From: Spirochaetia bacterium
GTDB taxonomy: Bacteria; Spirochaetota; Spirochaetia; DSM-16054; Sediminispirochaetaceae
Direction of reading: 5' to 3'
Length of the DNA: 64,000 nucleotides
NCBI GenBank assembly: GCA_034520965.1
Contig: JAXHMY010000003.1
Location: 384,001-448,000, forward strand
Shown here: positions 8,564 to 18,166 of the stretch, piece by piece
How the letters are laid out: every line of letters starts with the position of its first letter
Position numbering within the stretch: position 1 is the first letter of the stretch
Position numbers and translations under genes: made by a program
Notes under the pieces: model-generated
What the model saw: the letters and a program-made list of their open reading frames with translations, nothing else
What the model was told of the DNA's origin: nothing
Database searches by the model: none

Positions 8564-8614
8564 AAAAATAGCAACACAAGTAAAAGTATATAAAGCCAGC
8601 GATTCTGATATAAA

Positions 8615-8651
8615 GCGGAGAACCTCTGCAACAGAAGCCCTCCGCATTTTT
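8615..8651. terminator. Likely bidirectional terminator between convergent GGDEF and cheW genes
   Basis: GCGGAG...CTCCGC hairpin with flanking A/T runs; paralogous to 28770-28798. Confidence 0.6.
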
Positions 8652-8667
8652 CGAATATAACGGTAAA

Positions 8668-9180
8668 TTAACTCACACCGGACTGGATAGACTCGATCTC
8701 TCTTTCTCCTACGAGTTTTTCCATATCAAGTAAAATAATTACCTGATCCTCCAGTTTTCCCAATCCGGCAATATATTTATTCTTACCCCCACTTTCCTGG
8801 AACGTTGGTGGTGGATCAATGTTCTTTTCGGGAATATCCACTACTTCGGTGGCCGTATCTACAATAAAACCGATTGAGTAGCTTTTGATGTTGACCACGG
8901 TTATCACCGTCCGATCGTCGTACTCCTTCGACTCCAGTCCAAACCGAAGCCGCATATCAATTACCGGTATCACATTCCCCCTCAGGTTTATCACTCCCTT
9001 TACATACTCGGGCATATCCGGCACTTCTGTGATTTTCTGCAGTTCTATAATATCGGTTACATGTTGTATATCAATCCCGTAAGTCTCGCCTCCAATTTTA
9101 CACATGAGAAACTTGTTCTCTTGAATCTCATCATCGGTCTCATCAAAAAAATCACTGTCCTGCATTTCATTTTTGCTCAT
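8668..9180 (-). CDS. cheW: Chemotaxis coupling protein CheW
   Basis: ITEVPDMPEYVKGVINLRGNVIPVIDMRLRFG signature. Confidence 0.95.
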   Translation of the reverse strand: MSKNEMQDSDFFDETDDEIQENKFLMCKIGGETYGIDIQHVTDIIELQKITEVPDMPEYVKGVINLRGNVIPVIDMRLRFGLESKEYDDRTVITVVNIKSYSIGFIVDTATEVVDIPEKNIDPPPTFQESGGKNKYIAGLGKLEDQVIILLDMEKLVGEREIESIQSGVS

Positions 9181-9218
9181 ATCTGCCTCCGGCGCCTTCC
9201 TTTAAGTTTAGAACTTTT

Positions 9219-11495
9219 TTAGAATCGGTCGAAATCATCATCCTCGAGGGAAATCTGATCTTCAGGTTTCACCGGGGTTATACCTGTCTCGTTGTTCGCC
9301 CTTTGACTGCTCCCGTCCCATCCGGAAGCCGCTTTATTCGTCCGAGCATTTTTACTCTGCTGAGTCTGTCTCCGAGGCTGTTGCTGCTGCTGACCAAGGT
9401 TATTCAGGTGGCTGCCCTGGGTAAGGAGCTTGGCTCCCGCGCCGCTGTAGCGCTCATTGAGTTTGAACTGTGCGACCATGCTGCGCAGCTGCTGAGCCTG
9501 TCCTGCAAGCTCTTCTGAGGCTGATGCACTCTCCTCGGCACTGGCGGTACTCGCCTGGGTTGCCTGATCTATCTGATCGAGCCCCTCGGTAATCTGTTCT
9601 ATCGCCTGGGCCTGCTCACGGCTGGCCTGGGCTATCTCCTCTAGGAAGTTGGCCACCTTTCCCGAACCTTCAACAATGGATGTGAGCTGTTTGCCCGTTG
9701 CTTCGGCGGCCTCGGTACCTTGTTTTATGTTGGTCACCGTCTCGGTTACCATCTGGGTAGTCTCTTTTACCGAGTCGGTACTCTTTACCGCCAGGTTGCG
9801 CACCTCGTCCGCCACCACTGCAAAGCCCTTGCCGTATTTACCCGCCCGGGCCGCCTCTACGTTTGCATTGAGCGCCAGAAGATTGATCTGGAAGGCAATG
9901 TCGTCGATTACTTTGACAACCTTGTTGATTTCATCGGAAGAAGCATTTATCTTCTCCATTATCTCGGAGAGCTGCTGCATCTGCCTGTTTCCCGCCTCCG
10001 CGTCCTCGGTGGCTTTTTTGGCTATTCCGTGGGCCTCGGTGGCGTTTTCGGCGTTCTGCTTGCTCTGGCTGTTGATCTCATTTGTCGAAGATGTAATTTC
10101 CTCGAGACTGCTCGCCTGTTCGGTGGCTCCCTGACTGAGGTTCTGGCTGGCCTGGCTTACCTGATCGGCTCCGCTGTTTACCTGCTCAACCGAGCTGTTC
10201 ACCTGGCCGAGGAGCTCGTTAAGAGATTCCACCATTGCGCGCAGGGAGTAGCCGAGTTTATCCTTGTCCGAGGCGGGTTCCACCTCTACGGTAAGATCCT
10301 TCTGAGCTATCTGTGTTACCACCCGCTCCTTGTACTGCAGGCTTTTGAGCATAAAGCGCAACGCATCGGCAAGCTTGCCCACCTCGTCTTTCTGCTCTAC
10401 ATCCAAATCGATATCAAGATTGCCCGAAGAGACATCCTCGGCAAAGCGCACACCCTTCGCCAGTGGTGCGGTAATACCCCGGGTCAAAATGATTCCCAGA
10501 ATAAGGGCCAGGACGACTCCTAAGATCATCCCGATTAATGCTATTAACTCCACCTGCGTCCCATCGGCAGCGGCGGTTGCTACGCTCTCTTCGGCTATAT
10601 TCTCATTTATATGAATAATCTCATCGAGGATAGCCATAGCCTCGTAGGCCTGATCGGTTATGGGGCCAACCACGAGCTCGGTCATCGCATTACGCTGTGC
10701 ATTCGCTCTATCTGCAAGCCCGAGAAGCTCGTCAAAACCTTCGAACACCTCTTCAGAGGCAGCTATCATCTCATTTTCGAAGATATCTATGGCGGCCTCT
10801 ACATTCCCCGCCCGGTACTCATTGCGAATATCATCTACCGCAAAGTGAAAGCGGTCGTGGGGCTCCTGTATCTCTTCAAGAAGTCCGTCCAGTTCCGAAT
10901 TGCGGGTCGAAAAGTCACGGAGCCATCGACCAAAGTTACAGGCGGTGGGGTCTCCCCCGCCTTCGAACTCTTTTCCGCTGAGCAGGAACTGGGCTACATT
11001 CAGCTCCAGGGCATAGTGGTCCTTCTGAAACTGTTCGATCAAAGCGACCAGGCTGGCGGGATCCAAAATATCAAGAGCTTCAAACTCTTGGTTGAGCTGC
11101 AGCCACCTGTCGTTCTCCTTGGCCCAGTCGCCGATCTCCTCTTCAAACTGACTGCTCAGCCGTTCCTCTTCGGCGGTGGCTGGGAGGGTGAGGAAGTACT
11201 GCCATACTTCGTAGTACTCGGCCCGTGCCTCGTTAAAATCTTCCAAATAGACAGCCCGGGCGTCGGCATCGAGCTGTTCGGACATAAGCGTCCGCTGGGC
11301 AAGCAGCAACTCCTCCAGGGCAAGCTCAGCTTCCAGCAGACTCTCTATACTGGGAAGCCGAACTTCACCTATCTCGTTAATGTGCCCCTGCAGTTGACGG
11401 GAACCGTTCCAGCCAAAAAACCCGACTATCAGCACAATAAGTGCGACAATGGAAAATCCACCGATCAGCTTTACTCCAATTTTAATGTTCTTCAT
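9219..11495 (-). CDS. Methyl-accepting chemotaxis protein with four-helix sensor containing a CZB zinc-binding domain, HAMP and signalling domain
   Basis: Two TMs; KDH...CNFGRWL...PHDRFH between them; [35 protein letters not shown]-terminal DFDRF pentapeptide. Confidence 0.92.
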   Translation of the reverse strand: MKNIKIGVKLIGGFSIVALIVLIVGFFGWNGSRQLQGHINEIGEVRLPSIESLLEAELALEELLLAQRTLMSEQLDADARAVYLEDFNEARAEYYEVWQYFLTLPATAEEERLSSQFEEEIGDWAKENDRWLQLNQEFEALDILDPASLVALIEQFQKDHYALELNVAQFLLSGKEFEGGGDPTACNFGRWLRDFSTRNSELDGLLEEIQEPHDRFHFAVDDIRNEYRAGNVEAAIDIFENEMIAASEEVFEGFDELLGLADRANAQRNAMTELVVGPITDQAYEAMAILDEIIHINENIAEESVATAAADGTQVELIALIGMILGVVLALILGIILTRGITAPLAKGVRFAEDVSSGNLDIDLDVEQKDEVGKLADALRFMLKSLQYKERVVTQIAQKDLTVEVEPASDKDKLGYSLRAMVESLNELLGQVNSSVEQVNSGADQVSQASQNLSQGATEQASSLEEITSSTNEINSQSKQNAENATEAHGIAKKATEDAEAGNRQMQQLSEIMEKINASSDEINKVVKVIDDIAFQINLLALNANVEAARAGKYGKGFAVVADEVRNLAVKSTDSVKETTQMVTETVTNIKQGTEAAEATGKQLTSIVEGSGKVANFLEEIAQASREQAQAIEQITEGLDQIDQATQASTASAEESASASEELAGQAQQLRSMVAQFKLNERYSGAGAKLLTQGSHLNNLGQQQQQPRRQTQQSKNARTNKAASGWDGSSQRANNETGITPVKPEDQISLEDDDFDRF

Positions 11496-11738
11496 TCCTT
11501 TTTCCTCTCGATAGCTTCGTTTCAACTATTGTTAAGCGTTATTATCTCCACAACGACTTTTTATATTCTTCTTATAATTGTAAAAGTATCCGTCCTTAAT
11601 AGCAAACTTTCCCCCCCCCCCGTTTTTTTTTTTGCATTTATTATTCGTAAGAACAATAATAATTGGGCCTGGATCCACTGATCGATCAGTGTTTGTAGTG
11701 CGACCAAGAAAAACAGCTCGATTATTCCATACTTTTAA

Positions 11739-11904
11739 AAGGCACTACAGGTTTTTGCGGAGCAAAATACCTTGCGCATACCCCATATAAGGCACTACAG
11801 GTTTTTGCGAAGCAAAATACCAGCTCTACCCCATATAAGGCACTACAGGTTTTTGCGAAGCAAAATACCAGCTCTACCCCATATAAAGAACTACAGGTTT
11901 TTGC
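11739..11904. repeat. Tandem repeat, about 3.4 copies of a 48-50 bp unit
   Basis: AAGGCACTACAGGTTTTTGCGAAGCAAAATACCAGCTCTACCCCATAT-like units start at 11739, 11789, 11837 and 11885. Confidence 0.95.
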
Positions 11905-11991
11905 CAATTCTTTATCCCAATTTCTCCGATATTTCCGGGTTCCGGCTTGTGCTTCTCAATTATTTTTCCTATTGTTAATAAATGGTGACAT

Positions 11992-12834
11992 GTGAGTACT
12001 TCAATAGTTAAGAAAATACGATGGATAACTGCTTTACTGGGACCCCTCATCTTGCTGCTCGTCTCCTGCATGTTGACCCCGGTGAGCGAAGTCCCTGGAA
12101 CCGGAACACGAAAAATCTCCGTGATGACCTGGAACGTACGGTTCGACACTCCTGACACCCCTGCGGAGACACTCGAGGCGAAGCTCACACACATTCGGGA
12201 GGCGGGTGCCGATATCGTGCTGCTGCAGGAGGTCTTGACGATCGAAGACAAGGTGGTGAGGGAACCGGCGCGTTTCCGCCGTCTGCTGCAGAAAGAGGCG
12301 GAAGAGTACGGTATGATCACGGCAGAAGGAGCCTCGAAAACCGGCGGCTCGAACATGATACTCTACAACCGGGAGCGTTTCGTACCTATAGATCAGGGCA
12401 TCCGGTGGCTTTCTTCGACCCCCGAGATTCCCGATTCGACCTCCTATGGCAACACAATTGCCCGAAACTTCGTCTGGGCGGTGCTCTACGACAACAATCG
12501 TAATAGGCTTTTCACGACGGTTACCACCCATTTGTCACCCGAATCCGCGGAGACAAACGAACGCTGCGCCAAACAGCTCATCGGATTTGTATCTGATATC
12601 GCCGGTATCAAGATCATCGGTGGAGATTTCAACAGTCAAAGGGGAAGCACCCCATATCAGACAATGATAAATGTCTATCGTGATGCGGTTGATGCAGGAG
12701 CGACACTGGCTACGATGCCCGTACAGATCGACTACATTTTCACATCTTCCGGAGTGACGGTCAGCGATGGTATGGCGATCCATGCGGAAGGGTTGAGTGA
12801 TCACCGTCCCGTGTTTTGCGCGGTTGACTGGTGA
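11992..12834 (+). CDS. Endonuclease/exonuclease/phosphatase family lipoprotein
   Basis: LLLVSC lipobox; VMTWNV, ADIVLLQEV, GGDFNS, IDYIF, SDHRPV. Confidence 0.88.
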   Translation: MSTSIVKKIRWITALLGPLILLLVSCMLTPVSEVPGTGTRKISVMTWNVRFDTPDTPAETLEAKLTHIREAGADIVLLQEVLTIEDKVVREPARFRRLLQKEAEEYGMITAEGASKTGGSNMILYNRERFVPIDQGIRWLSSTPEIPDSTSYGNTIARNFVWAVLYDNNRNRLFTTVTTHLSPESAETNERCAKQLIGFVSDIAGIKIIGGDFNSQRGSTPYQTMINVYRDAVDAGATLATMPVQIDYIFTSSGVTVSDGMAIHAEGLSDHRPVFCAVDW

Positions 12835-13104
12835 TGATGCGCTGTAGGAGAAGCGTTATTTGGTACGTCGTACTGAAAATATATTACCAACGATATATTC
12901 GGAGAGACAATTGAAGAATATCCTGAAAGCTAACATGGAAATATTTCCTCATTAACCTTGGGATAGATGTTCCCACAGATTTAATTAAAGCTATATCTTT
13001 TCAGTTATCGTCAATTGATATTAAGAAAACCTGCCTATTAGAATCTCTTTAACCCAGGTTGGATCGGCTCTCCGATTTAAGCATACCGCCGGAAGGAGAC
13101 AAGA

Positions 13105-13507
13105 ATGAGGCATTTTGGAGGCGTTATGTTGTGGATTTTAGGTGTTGTAGCTGGATTAGGACTGGTGAATTTTTCTCCCATGATAAGTCTACACACTCCA
13201 GGGATGAATATGTACGAGGCAGAAGGAATTATAGTCTATGCAGTAGAGGCCGACGTAGATGAGGTTCCTCGAATAGCTGGACGGATTGCCAATAACAGAG
13301 ACAGAGTTGTTTCTTCCTTAGGGGATGCAATTCGCCAAGGTAGGGGGTTACTCCCTTGCCTATAAGATGATGGAATATCTTGAGACGCAGTACGGACGGG
13401 AAAAAGTCTTGGGTTTTCTCACTCCAGGGACCACTTATGAGGATGTTACCGGAAATCTCAAACAGGAGTTTTTCACTCAATGGAAGGAATGGTTAGCAAC
13501 TCTGTAA
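13105..13507 (+). pseudogene. Truncated/frameshifted secreted protein, possibly a peptidase MA-like remnant
   Basis: Signal-like N-terminal ORF overlaps a second frame GGYSLAYKMMEYLETQYGREKV...QWKEWL; no HExxH core seen. Confidence 0.4.
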
Positions 13508-13763
13508 CGGGTGAGAGCCGCCGGAACTGAGTTTAAATGTTCTGGTCTTCGGAGTATATTTTGCTAATTGCCCCACGAATAGCAGAACAGCATTTTATGC
13601 ATAGCTCAATAGTCGCGATTTCTCGCCGGCCATTTGTTCCAGATAGAGCTGTCAGCTAATGCGCCAAGTGCTATTTACTCCAGTACTCCTATGAGAGTAA
13701 TCGATAAAAGCAGAGCTGCCCCTAAACCTATTTAATTGACAACTATCCGGCTCGAAGAGTGGC

Positions 13764-14102
13764 TCAAAAGGTAAGGACCCTACGATCTTCCTTGAGATAC
13801 TCACTGAGGGGTTCGCCCATCAGTTTTACATCTATACCTAAGTTCTTGAGATCTTCGACTACTCCATAGTTCTCGGCGCAGCGCAGACAGGCCTCAAGCC
13901 TCACCCCCTCATCGATCATCTCTTTCACGGTCCCCTGTAACTCCGTATCCTCAGAGAGAAGCTTCGAGGAAGGCCCCCACACGATAAAGGTCACGTCCTC
14001 GAACCAGCCCCTCTTCTTTGCATTGAGGGTGTACATGAAGACCATATTCTTAGCCACCCCCTTGTCCCCGCTGGTCCATACCACTACCAGTTTCTCATTC
14101 AT
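13764..14102 (-). CDS. DsrE-family protein
   Basis: KLVVVWTSGD...MVFMYTLNAKKRGWFEDVTFIVWGPS...ACLRCA. Confidence 0.8.
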   Translation of the reverse strand: MNEKLVVVWTSGDKGVAKNMVFMYTLNAKKRGWFEDVTFIVWGPSSKLLSEDTELQGTVKEMIDEGVRLEACLRCAENYGVVEDLKNLGIDVKLMGEPLSEYLKEDRRVLTF

Positions 14103-14199
14103 CGCGCTCTCCTCCCTTGTTATTGCAGTCTGCAATTCATTATACTTAAACCTTAGAGAAACAATAAGCATAAGTCAAAGGTATTGGGAGAAGAGTACA

Positions 14200-14850
14200 A
14201 TGGTAGTTGGAATACATTCAGGGCGGAGAGGCAAGATTTCAGAAGGCGCCCTCCGATATGTCTTAGAACACACAAGAGAGGAATATAAAATCTTTGCTCT
14301 TACAGATTTGCCCCTTGAAACCTGCGATGCCTGCCTGGGCTGTCTGACGACGCACCGTTGTGTGAAGGATGATGGAGTAAATGAGATAGTAGATGAGCTA
14401 TGTAAAGCCTCCGCTGTAGTATTCGCTGCCCCGGAGTATTGGGATGGAGTCCATGGGAAAGCCCGCGCATTCTGGGAGCGGGTCTGTTTTATGAGTCGGC
14501 ACAATAGTGCCTTTCCCCTGAAACAGCTGTATGGAATCATTATTGGAGTTGCCGGTCACGGTGATGCTACTGCTGCAATTCGCGACCTGTCGGCTTTCTT
14601 TGAAGATGCTCAAATTCGTATAGTCGATACGGTGCATGTACAAGGCTCCTACGCCTGTTTCAAATGCGGCTTCGCTCAGACATGCGATGTAGCCGGAGTG
14701 TGGGATATCTTTCCTCAAGGTACCGAGATTCTTCCGGCAACAGTGCCGGGCCTATCCAATCAGGATCCGCAGCTATGCGAGAAAGAGAGACGAAAGGACA
14801 TACATCTGCGCTTAAAAGAGGCTGCAAAAAGGTTGAGCTCAAATTTTTAA
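14200..14850 (+). CDS. Flavodoxin-like / iron-sulfur flavoprotein (NADPH-dependent FMN reductase family)
   Basis: CDACLGC...CVKDD, VVFAAPEYW motifs. Confidence 0.75.
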   Translation: MVVGIHSGRRGKISEGALRYVLEHTREEYKIFALTDLPLETCDACLGCLTTHRCVKDDGVNEIVDELCKASAVVFAAPEYWDGVHGKARAFWERVCFMSRHNSAFPLKQLYGIIIGVAGHGDATAAIRDLSAFFEDAQIRIVDTVHVQGSYACFKCGFAQTCDVAGVWDIFPQGTEILPATVPGLSNQDPQLCEKERRKDIHLRLKEAAKRLSSNF

Positions 14851-14969
14851 TAACCGCGGGTTCAAATCGTTTCCGACACTCTCATCCCATCGCCTATTGA
14901 CCCTTATATATTCGGTTTGACACCGCCCCGCTAAATTAAGATACTCAATTAAGGAGAGTTGGATTGCAC

Positions 14970-15653
14970 ATGAAGATATTGGTTATCGATGATGAAACCG
15001 CCATCGTAACTACAGTTCAGGCCTATTTCGAGCGTGAGGGTTATGAGGTCAAAAGCGCCCTCGAAGGACTGCAGGCGCTTACGATCGCAAGAACGTTTAA
15101 ACCTGATGTGGTAATATTAGATATAATGCTTCCCGGAATCGACGGACTGGAGGTATTGCGGGAACTCAGGCGAAACGCCGACCCTTATATCATCTTACTA
15201 ACTGCTAAAACGAGCGAAGACGACCGGATAATCGGACTCAAAATGGGAGCCGACGATTACGTTCTAAAACCCTTCAGTCCCCGCGAGTTGGTGGCCCGAG
15301 TGCAGGCAATCGTCCGACGACAGAGAAAACAGAGCGACAATGAACTTGAGGTGCTGCAGAGTGGTGAGTTTTCCATTGATCCTTCCGCCAGAAGAGCCTG
15401 GCGGGAAGGGCATGAACTCGAGCTTACCCGCATCGAGTTTGATTTACTACTGACTTTGATGGAAAACAGTGGCCGTGTGCTTAGCCGTAATCAGTTAATC
15501 GAACATGTGTGGGGAGATGAATATTTTATCGAAGAGCGCGTAGTTGATGTACATATCCGCCGGTTGCGCAATAAAATGAGATTCTCAGAGGATGACAAGG
15601 AGTATATTACCACGGTTCGCGGAAGCGGCTATCGTTTCGAGGCCGAGCAGTGA
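14970..15653 (+). CDS. OmpR-family response regulator
   Basis: ILVIDDE, LDIMLP, KPFSPRELVAR, winged helix VDVHIRRLRNK...TVRGSGY; TTGACA at 14917. Confidence 0.95.
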   Translation: MKILVIDDETAIVTTVQAYFEREGYEVKSALEGLQALTIARTFKPDVVILDIMLPGIDGLEVLRELRRNADPYIILLTAKTSEDDRIIGLKMGADDYVLKPFSPRELVARVQAIVRRQRKQSDNELEVLQSGEFSIDPSARRAWREGHELELTRIEFDLLLTLMENSGRVLSRNQLIEHVWGDEYFIEERVVDVHIRRLRNKMRFSEDDKEYITTVRGSGYRFEAEQ

Positions 15654-16802
15654 AAATAAAGAAGCTGGTGACCAGCCGCCTGGGCCGTAAAATCTTTGTT
15701 TCTCATCTATTAGTCATAGGGGTCGGCGTAGTAGTCCTGTTGCTCACAGCCCGGCTCCAGGCACCCTACGCATTAAACCAGCATATCCGGCAGATGGAAC
15801 ACCTTATCGGTGAGAACGATTTGTTACGACAGAATTTAATGAACACTTTTCAGACTGCCCTAAACGAGGTGCTACTAATTGCTGCGTTCGGTGCCTTCCT
15901 GGCAGCTGTAATCGTAAGCAGTTTTATTGCGTGGCGAATAGTTTCTCCCATTCGTTCAATGATAAAAACGGTGGTAAAAATTGCAGATGGAGATTACCGA
16001 CAGCGAGCCCACTTCGTCTGGGACGACGAGTTAGGCGAATTGGCCAGAAACTTCAACCGAATGGCAGAGGCACTGCATTCCACCGAAACCCGCCGCGTCG
16101 AGCTTATCGGTAACGTTGCCCACGAACTAAGGACTCCCCTGGCATCAATGCGCAGTCTGATAGAAGGGGTTATTGACGGAGTCTTGCCGGCGGATTTTTC
16201 TACCTACTCGGCAGTACAAAGCGAACTTTCACGCCTGCAGCGCCTTGTTGGCGATCTGGAAAACCTTTCACAGGCTGAGGCAGGGCAGATCAAACTGAAT
16301 ATCCAGGAATTCGATCTGAAGGAACTGTTGGACCACGTAGTGCTGAAGTTGAAGCCCCAGTTCTTAGAAAAACAGATCGAACTGGAAATTGAAATGTCCG
16401 AGACAAAAATACTAGTACAGGCCGACTGGGAACGCCTGCAGCAAGTGCTTATTAACCTCCTCGGTAATGCACTGCAGTATACACCGTCCGGGGGCACGGT
16501 TCGTGTTAACACGGAAGCCCTCAATGATAAGGTCGTCTGCAGTGTCGAAGACAGCGGGATCGGCCTTACTGAGAGCAATATAGCTCAAATTTTTCGAAAG
16601 ATTTTACCGGGTCGATAAATCCAGGTCCCGCGCCGGCGGCGGAAGCGGTATCGGCCTGACAATAGCTCATCATATTGTAGAAGCTCACGGCGGCAGTCTG
16701 CAAGCCGACAGTCCCGGACCGAACCGGGGCAGCCGGTTTTATTTCACTCTTCCACTAAATGAGCTAATCTTGTCATATTCCCGTAATATTTCCTTCACCT
16801 AG
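15650..16802 (+). CDS. HAMP sensor histidine kinase (frameshift in T run near 16590)
   Basis: AHELRTPL H-box, [10 protein letters not shown]-box; shifted frame gives [22 protein letters not shown]. Confidence 0.88.
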
Positions 16803-16857
16803 CTTCATATTCCTCTTGTATATTCACACTACACACTATTTAAGAGGAGAAGAAAAA

Positions 16858-17382
16858 ATGAAGCGTGTAATAATTTTATCTGTAGTTCTGTTATCAGTTG
16901 CTTTTATCGCCTGGACGCTTACCGATACAAATTCCGACGAACATTCGGCAGATCCGGAACAGGTAATCAATGAGATTCGGAGCGAGATGGGGCTGAGTGC
17001 AGAAGAGACTATTGACCCCGATGCGGTTTCTGAGCCGTTTCTTGAAGAACTCGGCGATGCGGTCATGTCGGAGGTTCACCCCAATGAGCGAGTTCATTCA
17101 TGGATGGACAGAATGATGGGCGGTGAAGGTTCGGAGTCCCTGGCATCGGCACACCGCTGGATGGGATACCGGTATCTCACGGATAGCTCGGAATACGGCT
17201 ATGGCCGAGGGCGCATGGGTATGATGGGATCCGGCATGATGGGCCGAGGCTGGAGTCGAAATGGTTCTGAGTTCCAGTCTATCCCCTATAATTCACCGGA
17301 AGAAGTACTGAAGCAGCGTTATGCCCGCGGTGAAATAAACCGGGAAGAGTATCTGCAAGCTCTGGAAGATTTGGAGCGCTAA
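16858..17382 (+). CDS. Secreted Met/His-rich SHOCT-domain protein
   Basis: Signal peptide; HSWMDRMMGGEGSESLASAH; GMMG repeats; LKQRYARGEINREEY. Confidence 0.75.
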   Translation: MKRVIILSVVLLSVAFIAWTLTDTNSDEHSADPEQVINEIRSEMGLSAEETIDPDAVSEPFLEELGDAVMSEVHPNERVHSWMDRMMGGEGSESLASAHRWMGYRYLTDSSEYGYGRGRMGMMGSGMMGRGWSRNGSEFQSIPYNSPEEVLKQRYARGEINREEYLQALEDLER

Positions 17383-17527
17383 AACGCGAAGGCAGTTGAA
17401 TATGCAGTGGTTTATCAGGTGCCCGGAGATGTATGTGGGATGGTTTGTCATCATCCTAATAGGAATTGCCGCAGTTATGCTGCTGTTCCCCAAGAAAAAT
17501 TCATAAACATTTATTAGGAGGAATACT

Positions 17528-17926
17528 ATGAAATTTTACATAAGTACAAAGTTAAACGGAGATTTTGATGCAACAGTTGAACGCGTAAAATCCGAGCTGG
17601 CAGAGGAAGACTTCGGAGTGCTGTCTGATATCGATGTCGAAGCAACATTACAAAAAAAACTCGGCGTTGATTTTCGCAAGTACCGAATATTGGGCGCATG
17701 CAATCCGCCCTTTTCATATAAGGCTCTGCAGGCGGAGGATAAAATCGGAACTCTGCTTCCGTGTAATGTGATTGTACAGGAAACGGAACCCGGCTCAATC
17801 GAAGTTGCTGCAGTTGATCCGCAGGCTTCAATGCAGGGAGTTTCCAATGCGGAAATTGAAACGATCGCCGGAGAGATCAAAGACAGATTGCAGAAAGTAA
17901 TCGATCGCTTGACAACTAATAAATGA
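17528..17926 (+). CDS. DUF302 domain protein
   Basis: FGVLSDID...YRILGACNP...LLPCNVIV. Confidence 0.9.
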   Translation: MKFYISTKLNGDFDATVERVKSELAEEDFGVLSDIDVEATLQKKLGVDFRKYRILGACNPPFSYKALQAEDKIGTLLPCNVIVQETEPGSIEVAAVDPQASMQGVSNAEIETIAGEIKDRLQKVIDRLTTNK

Positions 17927-17943
17927 ATCAAAAGGAGTAGGAA

Positions 17944-18135
17944 ATGGGAATTATATTATTAATAGGAATTATAGCGCTCGCGTATGTAGCGTTTAACAAT
18001 TTTGCGAGCAAAACTTCGGACTGGGCTCCCTCACACGGGGAGTCCTCTTCACTCGAGATCGCTAAAGCCCGCTATGCAAAGGGTGAGATCAGCCGGGATG
18101 AATTCGAACATTTGAAAACAGAGCTCGGTTATTAG
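17944..18135 (+). CDS. Small membrane SHOCT-domain protein
   Basis: N-terminal TM; LEIAKARYAKGEISRDEF. Confidence 0.8.
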   Translation: MGIILLIGIIALAYVAFNNFASKTSDWAPSHGESSSLEIAKARYAKGEISRDEFEHLKTELGY

Positions 18136-18166
18136 TATACTTATATTACTACCGTAAGGAGGAGTT

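Noticed and set aside
11585..11612. Sigma28 promoter for MCP-cheW
   Set aside because: AAAGTTT...ACGGATAC resembles the consensus only weakly and the spacing is off
10611..11681. Long plus-strand ORF (356 aa) and similar antisense ORFs over MCP, carB, CocE and copB
   Set aside because: Shadow frames opposite well-supported genes, with no recognisable motifs
11739..11904. CRISPR array
   Set aside because: Units are near-identical along their whole length with no unique spacers, and no cas genes are in the window
16585..16600. Programmed ribosomal frameshifting in the kinase and other split genes
   Set aside because: No consistent slippery site or stimulatory structure; the number and spread of shifts favour sequencing error
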